Notes under the pieces: generated by a model
Databases searched by the model: none
The model's input: only the letters and a program-made list of their open reading frames with translations
What the model was told of the DNA's origin: nothing
Assembly: GCA_002269645.1 (NCBI GenBank)
Contig: NIVC01001022.1
Coordinates: 1 to 64,000 of the forward strand
Direction: 5' to 3'
DNA length: 64,000 nt
From: Macrostomum lignano
Lineage: Eukaryota
In this document: positions 33,706 to 46,300 of the stretch, piece after piece
How the letters are laid out: each line of letters opens with the position of its first letter
Position numbering within the stretch: the first letter of the stretch is position 1
Translations under genes and position numbers: made by a program

Positions 33706-35234
33706 CTGTTTTAAGCACTCCAACTAGCCTACTGAGTTAGTAGAAAGTCAAGCGCCAACACAACGATTCTTAGAAGACACCTTCGCGACTCTTATTACTA
33801 CAGTTGGGCCAGCCTCCCAGACTATCAAACAATAAAAAAGCAACAAGACACATATGCGGATATTTATTTTCTTTTAACTGAGCTTTTCAAACAAAAAATG
33901 AAACAATGACTTATATATTAATAATAGGCTAGGTAGTTGGGAAGCAACTTATCACCTCAGCTTTTATCAAGTTATTCAAGGCGAAATAATATTTATGAAT
34001 AATTATTTAAATCTTTCTCTTCTGAGCACGCTAAATATGACAAACAAAACACAATACATTTTGGCTTGTTATTAACGATAAATATCTGTATGTGCTTGCA
34101 AAATACAGCAAAACTTTTCCAACCATGCCAGTAAGTTGCATGCGTTAGACAAGGATAGCCGGGAAAAGAAAATTGAACAAAATATGGTGAAGGTTATTAA
34201 GCATTTCTCGACAAATAAATACGAATAAAAAAATAACAAACAAACAATTGACAAACAATTTCGGCTAACACAGACAAGCAGGCACGTTAACAAACATCGC
34301 GGGCTGTTTATAACAAACAATGGCTAGGCCTACAAAAAAAGAAAATTGACGAATCAGGGCAGTGCAATTTAAGTTGAGAAGTGCTAGCAGAACCTTTCAA
34401 CAAACTATATAAATTATTAAATTACATATGTATATGTCTATCAGTGACTAATTACATGCAAGGCTCACGCAAATAATAAACAAGTTAATAAATCCAAATA
34501 TTAATCTAAGAAAAAGCAGAAAGATAAACAAGGAAACAATTTTTCTTGAATTTGAATACTATTTCATTTGCTAATCTGGGCAACGATTTAGACTTCATGT
34601 ATTTCATTACATTCAATTATTGAAGGTGTGTTGAGACACGCAATAATTTAATTAATAATAATGTAAATTAATTAGCAAAGCAATTGAATAATCGACAATA
34701 ATTACTACTGTAAGTACCAACCAGAATGCAAACTCGAATTAGGTTGGTTTTCGCCGAGAAATACACTACAGAGATAGGAACTTTTCATTCACTTTTTCAT
34801 TTTAAAATTGTTATTGCTTTCGATAGGAGACAGACCCAATGTTTATCTTTTGATAGGTTGTGCCTTTCTAATAGCTCTATTGATATTCATAAAGGTTGTC
34901 GTTCAGAAAATTACGATAGTAGTCCTTGATCAAAGCTTGCTTGAAACAAAAAAAAACACAAATGAATCAATTAATTACTAATCAATAAGGTAACCTAATC
35001 AGGTAATCAAGAACCAATTTAGCAGCAATTAGCAGGTCATTTAGTCGGATTTTTATACCAATTACTTTATAAAGCTTCAAAACCCTTTCTGTTAAATAAA
35101 TTCTTTTAAAGAAAATTGTTTATTTAATCAGCGCGCTTCTGTCAGGCTGTCAATCAATGAGTCGCGATCGCACCAGACCGTGTCAAGACAAAACAGAAAA
35201 AATTCAGCTAGAGGCAGTTGCACAACGGTCAGCA

Positions 35235-36915
35235 CTACAAAACGTAGGTACTCTTGGCCATGCTGGAGCTCTTCTGCTCCTGATCCGTGTGAGTCTGGTA
35301 GGCAATCTGGATATTGTCAGGTATCTTCAGCGCCTCCTTCAGCCTCTGCCCGATGTTCACGCACGAGTCGCGCTTATCGGCTGTCCGAGTCCACACAGAC
35401 AGTTTGTCCTGTTTGGCTCGGATTTGAACAATCGCTCCACAGACTTCGTCAGAATCTTCGTCGAAACCTTCGCCGATAAGCAGCAGCAGAGTCTCAATCC
35501 AGAAGCTGTCCATGCTGTGATTGCGCTTGTTCTTATCCAGGGTGATCAGCCAACGGCCGCCGTTCACGTTGCCGGGATCCTCCCACATGGGGTTGATGCC
35601 GTGCTTGAACAGGGAGTAGTCACAGCCAACTGGCAGCTTACTGGCTGGCTGAATGTGATTAAACAGAGCCCAGAAGTCTTCTACAAAACTGAAGCTGGTC
35701 ACTTCTTTTTGATTTTCGTTCCACGATTTCTGGCGATCGTTTTTGAAGAACCAGAGAGTCCAGCTGCGAGTTGATTAGGGGATTATGACTGTCAGAAACA
35801 TAATAAAATGGTTTCCAGGGCCATCTAAAGGGTTGTCAAGGATACTTAAACTGTTGTCAGGGGCATCAAAATAGTTGCTAACGTCACCAATACGGTTGCC
35901 AGGGACATCAAAATAGTTGCTAACGTCACCAATACGGTTGTCAGGGACATCAAAATGGTTGCTGAGGTCCCAAATACGGTTTTCAGGGCCATCAAAATGG
36001 TTGCTAAGGCAACTCATACGGTTGTCAGGGACATCAAAATAGCTACTTTAGCAACTATTTTTACTAAATATATGCTGCTGTTATTCGAAAAAATTACAAT
36101 TTTTTTACACCTTTTCTTAGCTAGAATATAAATTGCCTTGAAGAACTTAGAAAAGAAAAAGAAACCAGGAAAAGATGATAGGGAAACAGAAGCATTTTGC
36201 ATTGGTTTATCCGCCAGACAGACAATATTCAAGGCAGCAGGCATTAGCGCGCATACTTCACTCCCTCACCTCTGGATTCTAAGGCATGCAGAAGCCGCCT
36301 ACAAATCTGATTTGACCTTTTCATTCATTCAGGAATTCGGATTTGCACTTTTATTTTAGCCGGTAAAGAAGAGAGAAACAACGCTAAAATCTTTCTCTCT
36401 CTCTCTCTCTCTGCACCAGAAGGGGCCAAAGATGGTAAACCTGATATTTCTGCGAGTGAAGAAAAAACACACAACAGAATTGTCAAGATTGTTCGGTTGC
36501 TAAATTAATTAATTAATTTGATGCTAAATTAAAGTGGAAATCAAATAAAATAGCTAACATCTCTACCCTATCCTTTTCACTGCTGAGCCTCTTAGACCCA
36601 CAGAAGTTGCAGAAATCTGCAGACTCCATGCTTCTAATTTGACAACTAATAGAAGTTTTAAAATCCTTCCTAAGAATACTAACAATGCGGCCCAGGCTCG
36701 ATTCCAAGTGCAGTCACATTAATTTGGAGTTGATGAGACACACTATAATAGTTATTATATTACACTAACCGGTTATGAAGTGGGTGCTTCTGCGGGTTGC
36801 CAATAGCAACGGCAGATTCTTCGTCATTCATCTCAACTTCAGCAGCGGCGGCGGCTGCAGAAGATTCCATAGGCATTCGCGGTGCCAGTTCGGATAGTCC
36901 AGCTGCAGATGTCAT
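35235..36915 (-). CDS. EIF4E: Eukaryotic translation initiation factor 4E, class I, 224 aa, 2 coding exons
   Basis: Exons 36915-36770 and 35763-35235 (phase 2). KHPLHNR|WTLWFF, SWNEN, VEDFWALFNHI, PMWED, GGRW, FWIETLLLLIGE, LSVW. All eight conserved Trp present, with Trp at the 43 and 56 equivalents. Confidence 0.95.
35810..36045. repeat. 42-bp degenerate tandem repeat in the eIF4E intron
   Basis: gttgtcagggacatcaaaatagttgctaacgtcaccaatacg, about 5-6 units. Confidence 0.85.
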
Positions 36916-37409
36916 TCTGGTTATACAGTAGCAATGCAGTAGAATTAGACAAAATCGAGCTGAAAGATGAAAAGCAGGAAGCTATTTACTAAAATATCTC
37001 TAAGGAAAGAACAAACAATACCACCTTGAAAGTTCATGTCTTACCTAATGAAGCATTTTAAAAAAGCATTGTTAAGATGGCACTTTGATTAAGTACAAAA
37101 GTACAAAACTTATAAGTATGCTATTAACTGATACTAGCACCTTAGATTTTGTTGGTAATAAATCACTACATTTTCACATTGACTGACTCTTAAGATATGC
37201 CTTGCCATGCTGATATATTTATCAACTGAAAAGTAATAGCATATATAGATATTATTGATTTTGTTATTGCATGATACATAGGTTTATTCAAAATTTTAAG
37301 CATATTGTTACTATTTATTTTTGACATGCTTAATTAGTTTCTACTAGCAATCTACGCCCCCCGTTGGGGAGCCAAAGAAATGCAATACACGTTTTTTTAA
37401 TAAGCTACA

Positions 37410-38165
37410 TGTATCCTTGAAATCTCCTGTCAAACCTTGTAAGCCTTGACATGTCAGTAATTCCCCCCCACAAGCTTTAACATATCAACTTCCCCCCTTG
37501 ACATCTCAGCAATGCCCCCAATAAGCCTTGGAAATCTAAAAATATCTGTCAACCTTCTAACCCTAGCCTAACCCTAACCCTAACCCTAGCCCTAACCCTA
37601 ACCTAACATTGAAATTTCTGTAATTCTCTTTAAGAGTAATTATAGCACTACTACAGCATTATAGCGATTCCCTGCAAGCCTCGACATCGTAGGGATTCCC
37701 AAATGAATCTCTTAACTTCGACATGAAGCTTCTTTTATTTTTTTACATTACGCTTTTTATCAGCGATCCCTCCCCTGAGGAGGCATCAAATAATGTAATA
37801 AAAAGTTTTCAATAAACTACATGTAGCTTCTGACTTTAGCCTTGAAATCTCATTTATACCCCCGTGAGCCTTGACATCTCAGCTATTCCCCCCGTAAGCC
37901 TTAACATGTCAGCGATGGCCGCCATAAACCTTGAAATCTAAAAAATCCCCTGTTATTCTGTTAACCTTGAAACCCGATAAAATATAACCCTCAACCCACA
38001 CCTGACCTAAACCTAACTTTAACCCAAGCTAAAGCCTTGAAATCTATAACGATTTCCACCAAGCTTTGACATCGTAGCAATTCCCAAATGAATCTTTTAA
38101 CTTCGACATGACTTTTATTTTATGTATACGTAGTGATACTTTTATTTTTTACATGACTTTTCTAC
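37410..38165. repeat. About 400-bp tandem duplication with internal sub-repeats and a short (TAACCC)n tract at 37555-37605
   Basis: ctacatgta...ccttgaaatctc...aatgaatct(c/t)ttaacttcgacatga occurs twice. Confidence 0.7.
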
Positions 38166-41100
38166 AGAGCTTCCCTGTGTGCGAAGTTCTGGGAAGAGTA
38201 CATTGCGACGTAGTAGGCCCTATTGCCCAGAAGAACAAGAGTGGGAACCGCTACATCTTGACGCTATGCGACTCGACGTCGAAGTACCCGTTCGCCTATC
38301 CGATGAGGAACCAGAAAGCCAAGACGGTCATCAAGATCCTGCAGGAGCGCTTGATCCCTGACTTTGGTGTACCATGCTGGATACACACTGATCAAGGAAC
38401 CAATTTCACTGGCTCAGCTTTCAAGAAGTTCTGCGACCTGTTTGGCATCCGGCATACTACGACAACACCGTACAATCCAGCTTCAAATGGGCAAGTCAAG
38501 AACCTCAACAAGCAGCTGAAGAGTGTCCTCACCTGCCTCCTCGAGCGCAACCATAACGACTGGGACACCTTTCTCCCAGCCTGTCTGATGGCTCTCCGCT
38601 CTAGTGTACACCCGGTGACAGGCTTCACGCCACACTACCTGGTGTTTGGTCGATATTTTCGACTACCAATCGACAACGCGATCAAGAAGCTGCCGGAGTA
38701 TGCCGATCTGCCTGACTATGTCAAGGACTTCCAGCGCCGATTAGACGAAGCGACTGAGCTAGCTAAAGAACGCCTGCATCTGCATCAGCAACTGCGCGAC
38801 GAGCACTATTCAAACCTGCCCGCCGCCAAGAAGCTCCAACCTGGTGACCTGGTTTTCCTCAACAACCCGGTGCTCGAACCGGATGAAGCGGCGAAGTTCC
38901 ATCGACCTCGCAAAGCGCTGTACGAGGTAGTCGAACCCAAGGGCGAGGTCGTCTACAAGATTCGCCGTAGAGTGCCAAACCCGCGGGCCAGACGCGACGA
39001 GCTAGTAGTCCATCGCCGGAATCTGCTGCTCGTACCTGATGCCGACTACCAGCTGACTTCGGATCCAGAAGTCGACAAGGCCAAGAAGCGCCGCAGGTCG
39101 ACTGATACCCCGGACGGTGCAGGACCCGCGACCCTGACACCGATCCCGGAGGACGATCCCGATGACGATGAGGATGACGATGACGCATGGCCGGCCTTCC
39201 GGTGGCACTTCCGGCCGTTGGCGATCCCGGATGTGCGGCCAGGAGGTGGACCGGTCACGACACCAGCGAACCAGGCAAGTGCATTTCGGCGTGAGCCACT
39301 GCCGTATGGTGATCGCCATGATGGTGTGCCTGGTTTGAATGCGTCTGCACCTGCTGCTTCTTTTTCACCTGTCAATGCGTCCCCTCTTCCTGAACCTTTT
39401 TCTGCGGTGCAGTCTCCTGCGCCACCTTCTTGCACCACTCAGGTGGAAGCGTCTCCCATACCAGTAGTGGTAGGTAGGCCAGTTAGGGATCGGAGGCCGC
39501 CCGAGAGGCTTCTGATTAGCGATCCTAGGGCTAAAACGTACGTTAGTCGCACCGCCCGCATGCGTGTGCACAAATCAAAACATTTCAGCGCAGCAATGCA
39601 CAAGCGCCCTTATCAGGCGAGCTCAAACTCATCCTCTGAGGCTGAGCAGGGCCGGCCTAGTCGGAGCCGCCAAAGGCAGGGAACCCCGTCCTCCCCGGAG
39701 GTCATGGGTATCCCGCGCCGACCCTTAGCTGCGCGGCAATTGGTGCAGCCTGACGGCCAGGAGCGCCCGGTGCGCCCACCCCGACGTGGGAGGGAGCGAA
39801 ATTGTCCGATGACTCCTCATCACCCGAGCCGCGACCACTCGCCACCGCACGCCGTCGCCCGAGCCCAGAACCTGCGAATGGCGCCTACCGAGGTCATCGG
39901 CGCCCAGGCGGAGTCCACCGCCAGACCAAGGAAGCCGTCGGTCGCAACACCGCCCGCGGCATCTCCGAGACAGCCCCGAGGTTGTTGACCTCACAGTTGA
40001 CTCGCCTCCGCCGGAAGCGGAAGTACGGCGCATGACCGCGGAGAGGCTCACGGCGGCTCTGGCCTATGCACAGCTCGAGCAGCAAGTGCTAAGGGGCCTG
40101 GCGGAGGTCCGCATCCAAATCCGTAATTCATTTGTAGGTGCCACTGCAACCAGCCCCGGCCCAAATGAGCAAGGTCAGCAGGTACGCCAGGGCGACCCGA
40201 CGGCGGCACCTATGAGCTTCGGAGGGCTCGAACACCAACCGCCACAAGTAGCGGCGCCGTCGCCCATGTCCCTGGCCGACGACCCACAAGTGCCAGCTGA
40301 TTGTTTCGCAACGGCCGAGCCCGCAGCTACCTGGAACAACCTGGCGGCCACCCAGCATCGCGAGCTCCCCCGGGCTCCGCCGCCCACGCCAGATAGGCCG
40401 CCGCAGCGAGCTGATGCCAGCACCCAGACCGAGGCATCAGAGCCACCACTGTCCTTGAGCGAGGCTAGGGCCGCTTTAATCTTCGCTGGTGCCAACCTGG
40501 CGCGCGCTGTCATTGTAAACGCGGCCAGACACGGCGATTGGCCCCCTGCCTTTCAGGGCCCGATCTGGAGCGAGCTCCGACACGCCACGGCGGAAGAGAG
40601 GTGCCGACTCCTAGGAGAAGCCGTCCGTCTAGCTGGCTCGGAGCTGGAGCACCCCGGCCAGCCATACGCCATGCACCTGGCGGCCATCTGCGTCGCCCAG
40701 CATCTTGGTGGCGGCGAGGAAGACTTACTGGCAGTCCTGAGCAATCCCCAGGCACGGTATTTTTGATGGCCTGGCCAGCCATAGGCATTAGGGCCTGATG
40801 TACTGAAATCAATAATACTGTTGCATGCATGTCATTTTGTTCAGGCCTTGTGGCCGAGCCCATGCCCGAGGGCACCGTTTCACTCCCCATTGGTAGCGCT
40901 AGTTGAACGCCATTTAATCAGAACCTTGCTATGCATACTCAAGCCCCTTTTATCCCGGTCGAGCGCACTGTCTAAGTGCTCAGAAATTGTGTGTGCCCGT
41001 ATGCTCAGGATTTGGTGTGACTCGAAACCCATTTTGGCGCCATTTCTCCTATGGGCCGGCGCCCCCACCTTCTATTTAGGCGTCATTTCTTCTGTGGGCC

Positions 41101-41360
41101 GGCGCCCCCACCTTCTATTTAGGGGCCCTTTAGTAGCAGGCCAGCGCCCCTGCGGTATAGGGCAACTATCTTTACGGCCCGCCCAGCCATGCAGTTAAGC
41201 GACAGCATTTCGAATTTTGTCAAGTGTCTTCCCTCGTTATTAAACCTGCATTTGATTTTAAATAAATCACGCGCCACTTCACTCCGCCTCTTTATTTGAA
41301 CAGGGAGAGTGTAGTGAGTTGCTAGTTTAGTTAGGCACCGCACTAGTCAGCTGTTTAGAT
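38165..41360 (+). mobile_element. Ty3/Gypsy LTR retrotransposon, 5'-truncated: integrase, long low-complexity extension, extra ORF, PPT and truncated 3' LTR
   Basis: rve core HCDVVGP...YPFAYP...IHTDQGTNF...TTPYNPASNGQVK, degenerate GPY/F region and RRPPERL. Polypurine tract aacagggagag 41299-41309 is followed directly by TGTAGTGAG at 41310. No gag, RT or 5' LTR visible. Confidence 0.85.
40032..40766 (+). CDS. Accessory ORF (244 aa) of the Gypsy element, in the env position, no env features
   Basis: Non-repeat GC-rich ORF between integrase and PPT. Helical N- and C-terminal segments flank a Pro-rich middle. No clear signal peptide or transmembrane anchor. Confidence 0.6.
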   Translation: MTAERLTAALAYAQLEQQVLRGLAEVRIQIRNSFVGATATSPGPNEQGQQVRQGDPTAAPMSFGGLEHQPPQVAAPSPMSLADDPQVPADCFATAEPAATWNNLAATQHRELPRAPPPTPDRPPQRADASTQTEASEPPLSLSEARAALIFAGANLARAVIVNAARHGDWPPAFQGPIWSELRHATAEERCRLLGEAVRLAGSELEHPGQPYAMHLAAICVAQHLGGGEEDLLAVLSNPQARYF

Positions 41361-41364
41361 TGTT

Positions 41365-41650
41365 TACATGACGCTTCTATGATTGTTTACATGACGCTTC
41401 TATGATTTTTTAAATGACACTTCTATTATTGTTTACATGAGGCTTCTATGATTTTTTAAATGACGCATCTATGATTTTTATATGATGCTTCTATGATTTT
41501 TTAAATGATGCTTCTATGATTGTTTACATGACGCTTCTATGATTTTTTTAAATGAAGCATCTATGATTTTTATATGACGCTTCTATGATTTTTTAAATGA
41601 CACTTTTACAATTTTTTTATATGACGCTTCTATGATTTTTACATGACGCT
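41365..41650. repeat. 22-23-bp AT-rich minisatellite (tgacgcttctatgattttttaca)
   Basis: Begins where the Gypsy LTR sequence breaks off. Confidence 0.9.
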
Positions 41651-42859
41651 TCTTTTAAAAAGTCTTTTAGTTTTCCTGATGTTGAAAAGCTTTAATTAAA
41701 AAATTATACTCTATGAAAATTCGAACCATTGTTGCTGCATTTAGCAGTTCAGTTTGTTCACCTCTAGACTAGCTCTCATCATTTTGATAACATCAAATTT
41801 TGCACTTATATAATTTAACACTTTAAAATCCAAGCATAGAGTAAATCACACAAAGCAGTTATGACATAATCAGTTTCTTAGTCAGTCAGTATCAGTTAAC
41901 AATATGGTTACGCAATTTAAATCAAGTCTGGTGCTACACTTCCACACTGCATTTTCAATTCAAGTCGGAGTTACAATTCAGTTATGATGCAATCTATTTC
42001 AGAATCAGAATTCAACCAGTCAGTTTTTTCTCTAGCATTCTTACAATGCATTTCAAGTTGAAAAGTTTGCTTGACCTTTGCAAAAAAGCATGTTTTTCGA
42101 ATATTTAATGCCTTTAGCATCGAGCAATTTCTTAGCCACGATGCATGTACAGTCACGGGAAAATTTCTGATCGAACAGTGCAAGTTTGAACAATATCGGT
42201 CTAGCAATTTTTTATCTAATCGATCATATAGACACAGACAGACCATTTTTATTAGTTTCTATTAGTTTGTTTAAAGATAATTAATATAGCAAGTAAGAAA
42301 CAAACCCAACTTTGATAGACTTTTTTTAGTCAATGTAGCCCAAAACAATATAAAAAAAATCCTTATGAAATTCTTGGTTTTCCTAGGGCACAAAAAGAAT
42401 ATGCAATGAATATAATTTTTATTTTATTTCTTAGTAGAATGCGGTTACCAATATCAATTACAAAATTGACAAGATAAAATATAAACCTTTTAAATAGCTT
42501 AAACTTTCAAGATATTCATCACAGCTTCTATAATTTTTTCTCTCTTAAGTTGTTTATGCTCTTAAAAGACCTAATCTATAGAAAGGATAAAATAAAAATT
42601 GGGATATGGCCAATTGCAATTAGGGTTATTTTACATAGCTGGCTGATAAGACTTAGTTTCCCTAAAAATTGCATCTGTTTATAACTTAGCTGCCTTTGCT
42701 TGCAACTTAGTTGCCTCTAGCTACAACATGGTCTCTGTTTTATATTTTTTTTTCATATATTTGTTTTTTTTCATTTTTAATTAGCATTTTTGTATCTTAT
42801 CTTGGCTAGATCTCTTGCCACCTAGCTAAATTGGCCATAGGTATAGGAATATTTCAAAA

Positions 42860-43320
42860 AGTAGGGGGCCAGGTTTAGAGACGGATTTAAGGGGGGGGGA
42901 GGCACAGGGCAGATACCCCTGTTGAGTTAGATTTTTTAGGGCCTATATGGAAAATGCACATTATTATAATTATGTATTAATTATTTTTCAAATCTATCTT
43001 CTTAGCACTTATTTTATAAAGCACCGCAGGCACTCATTTTAGTGCTGCAGGCACTCATTTATGGTGCTATAGGCACCCATTTTAGCACTGCAGGCACTTA
43101 TTGTAGTGCCACAAGCACTCATTTTGGTGCCACAAGCACTTATTAGGCCCTATGGCACTGTAGGCACTGTTTGGTCACCCTGCAATGAAATGCAGTCATG
43201 CAAAGTAGAAAAAACCAAAAATAAGCAAGAAGTCTACATTTTACATTTAAAATGTGGAGGGGCCAGATACCATTACTGCCCCCCCCATTTTAAAAAGTAG
43301 GAGGGCCATGGCCCCACGGT
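42860..43320. mobile_element. Degenerate MITE-like element sharing the GCAGGCACTCATTTT repeat
   Basis: Five to six degenerate gcaggcactcattt units at 43022-43145, flanked by aaaaagtagg(g/a)ggg blocks. Ends not defined. Confidence 0.4.
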
Positions 43321-46300
43321 ATAAGACCAAGATGGCCACAACATTGAATATTTATTATATCTACTCTCTTTCTATTTATCATTAATTAGCAATATAATAA
43401 TATATTAAATTATTTTTGCTTAATTAATTATATTTATAAATACTGATACAATAATAGATTTGAAACTAATTAGGCCTACTTATAATACAAAACCTTCAAT
43501 TTTTTTTAGTTTTTGTGCCAATTTATTCTGTATCATCACATCTATCAAATCTATCACAATTAGATTATTAAGAAACTATTGCTAATGCCATGGTAATGCT
43601 AGCTATGTAAATAATTAGGATAAATATGTAAATGTCATAGGGTATTTATTTTGTGCTAGGTTAGGCCTACTTGCTTCATTTAGGCCTAGTGGATAAAAAG
43701 ATAGGCCCCTATAGGTCAGGCTACAATAAAAGCTAGGCCTAAGAGTAAGACCTAAGTCTAAAGGGAATGATTATAATACAATTTCTATTATAACATCTAT
43801 TTTCCTAATTAGTAAAAAAGGAAAGGAGTTAAATATATGTACCTAGTCTTATTTATTTATTGTTATTCTTATTATTATCTATTTAGACATTTAGAGCTGT
43901 GGCCATCTTGGACTTGGTATGTGGCCATCTTGGTCATGTCATGCGCCAGCCCCACTAGCCCCCCTCCCATTCCTATGAAATTGGCTAGGTTGGCTAGGTG
44001 TTAGGCATGTATAGGCCTAGTGCTAATTATGCCAAAAAGATAATCATAGACAAGCATAAATATTATAATTATAGTACAGTTAGAAAATGATCTATTTCGG
44101 TATAGCCTACATGAATTGTGCGCGTTTTACTTGGGTACATCTAAAGATACGATAATACATACATGTACAAATCATTGGGAGGGATTGTAGACTAAGCTCT
44201 GTATTTAGAGTTTTGAGTGCTACAACTTAATACTGTATGTATCTTGAATTTTAGGCCTACGCCTGAGAATTTTCATTGTAGACGAAACGACTCCATGAAT
44301 AGCAGACGTCAGACGAAAGGGTAGCAGACGAAATCACTGTCAACCATTAGGTAAGACGATATATATTCATTTGATGTATTCATTTAATCTTGAAGAAATT
44401 TTGAAATAAAATTTTCTGACGTGTGCTCTTGGCCAAAAAACACAATAATTTGAAGCCCGGGCAATAATGATTTATATTTCGAATAAAATGCAAATTTTGC
44501 AAAATTTAAAAAAAATTAGTAAATTTAATTGGGAATCTTTTTAACGAAACAATATAAAAATATGTATACAAATATGTTCGAATTTAAATATGTAAGCATG
44601 AGATTTTGTTTCTTAAAATTTTATTAACTATTTCATTGTCTGTCTCGTTATTTTATTCCTTATATTTTTGTAGTTCTGAATATTTTTCTGGCCACGAATT
44701 TGACACGATTGGTTTTAAAACATTTTTAATTTTAACATTTTTAAATAAATTCTCTTTCAGTATTTTTTGTCACATCAGTAACTTTTCATCCTTGTGAGTC
44801 AAAGTCAAAAGTTGGGATAAATAGGCCCTAATATAATTCACTAATATTAAATCCGTATTTATAATATTTATTATATTATACTGACGTCTGAATGAAACTC
44901 TACCTTATTTTTATAATCAATGTAGCCTGTAGGCTGTAGGTAGTAGTAGGGGCTAGGCCTAGGGGTAGGGCTAGGTGAGAAGTCTATTATACCTTCTCTA
45001 TAATTATATCTCTATCTAATTTCTATGCCCAATGCCCTACGGACTGGTTGACCTAATTCATAGGCAGTCATTCGAGGGGCTGCTAGAGGAGAGGCAGTCA
45101 AAGGCTAGAGGGGACAAAATGGGTAACCACCCCACATTTGGCAGAGACATTGAAAAAATGAAAGGCAAGATGCCAGGGTCTAATCTAAGTGCATGTGTTG
45201 CCAAGGTACAGGCCCATCTGTCCATCCCATTTACCCAAAAATTCCAGAATATGCCAATGGCTTATCCTTTGTTTGATGAATTTCTAGCTACACTACTATC
45301 AGTCTTGGCATAAAAAGACTACAAGCTGCTACTGCTAAGGCTATGGCTAAATCACTCCTTATACCACTAACAAATAAAACATTTTTTATAGTCATTCATT
45401 TGTACTGATTTATGTCACTGTGTAGGGCCTAGTGCCTATATCAAATAAAAATTGATAATAATAGGATATAAAAATATCTTATTTTTTTAACTAAGCTACA
45501 ACTACAACTAAATTTTAACTTTAAACTTAGCTTTGTGCCTTTTTATATTATAAATTACTATTTTTTACAGTTCATTAGGCCTAGCCTGATTAGGCTATTT
45601 AATATAGCATAGGCCCCCAAATTAATCAAATTATTTAGATCAGGCTGAAGCAATTAGACATCTGTATATTTATTTGTATTTGTGTATATTTATTTGTGTA
45701 CATATATTTGTATATATGTATTATAACATATATAGTATAGTATGTATATATGCAACTATATTATTTATGTCTAATGTTCAAAACTAATTATATGATAGGT
45801 TAGAAATTAAATGCTATATTTTTTCTTATAAATTATAAAATCAAACTAAGTCACTAGCTATATAATTATAAACATTATTTTATTAACTTTTAATTTGTAT
45901 TTATCCCTCCTATAATTAGCATACAATAAACTATTGTAGAAGTGGTTAATAGTTTCTAGGAATATAACAGTTTGAATCTGTGCTAATAATTTGTTTTACT
46001 CTGCAAAATATTCTATATATTCAAAATATTCTATATATTCTATATATTCTCAATATTTGATGTTTGTTAAAAATACACACGTTCAAATAGTATAAATAGG
46101 AGCAGGCTGAGAGGAAGAAGAGATAACTCGTTCGTTAGCTATAAGCTCAAAACATGTTCGATAAACATTCTCAGATCTTTGCTCATTTTAGAAGTATTGA
46201 AAGACAGACTTGGGAATTCATGCAAAGAGAGTACTAAGAGTGATCACTGTGACCCTCTAATCTCGGTAACGCCCAGACTGGAGAGAGAAAGTACATATAC

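Noticed and set aside
12333-33740. Long ORFs over arrays at 12.3, 16.1, 19.9, 21, 28-29, 30.4 and 32-33 kb (also 47.2 and 60.6 kb)
   Set aside because: Periodic peptides whose period equals the DNA unit; open in several frames; no domain content apart from true exons at their edges.
35157-35774. 205-aa + strand ORF
   Set aside because: Antisense shadow of eIF4E exon 2. The same applies to + ORFs over TRPA and iGluR exons and - ORFs over the Gypsy element.
37555-37605. (TAACCC)n as a telomere or fusion site
   Set aside because: Only about 8 imperfect units, embedded in a duplicated repeat with a degenerate counterpart near 37985-38025.
44282-44350. Exon-like segment with good AG and GT flanks
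   Set aside because: Stops in all three frames; could be a UTR exon or repeat fragment, but unsupported.
45032-45313. 93-aa ORF with faint resemblance to a hAT dimerisation domain
   Set aside because: The resemblance is too weak by eye and the ERxFS motif is absent; needs an HMM search.
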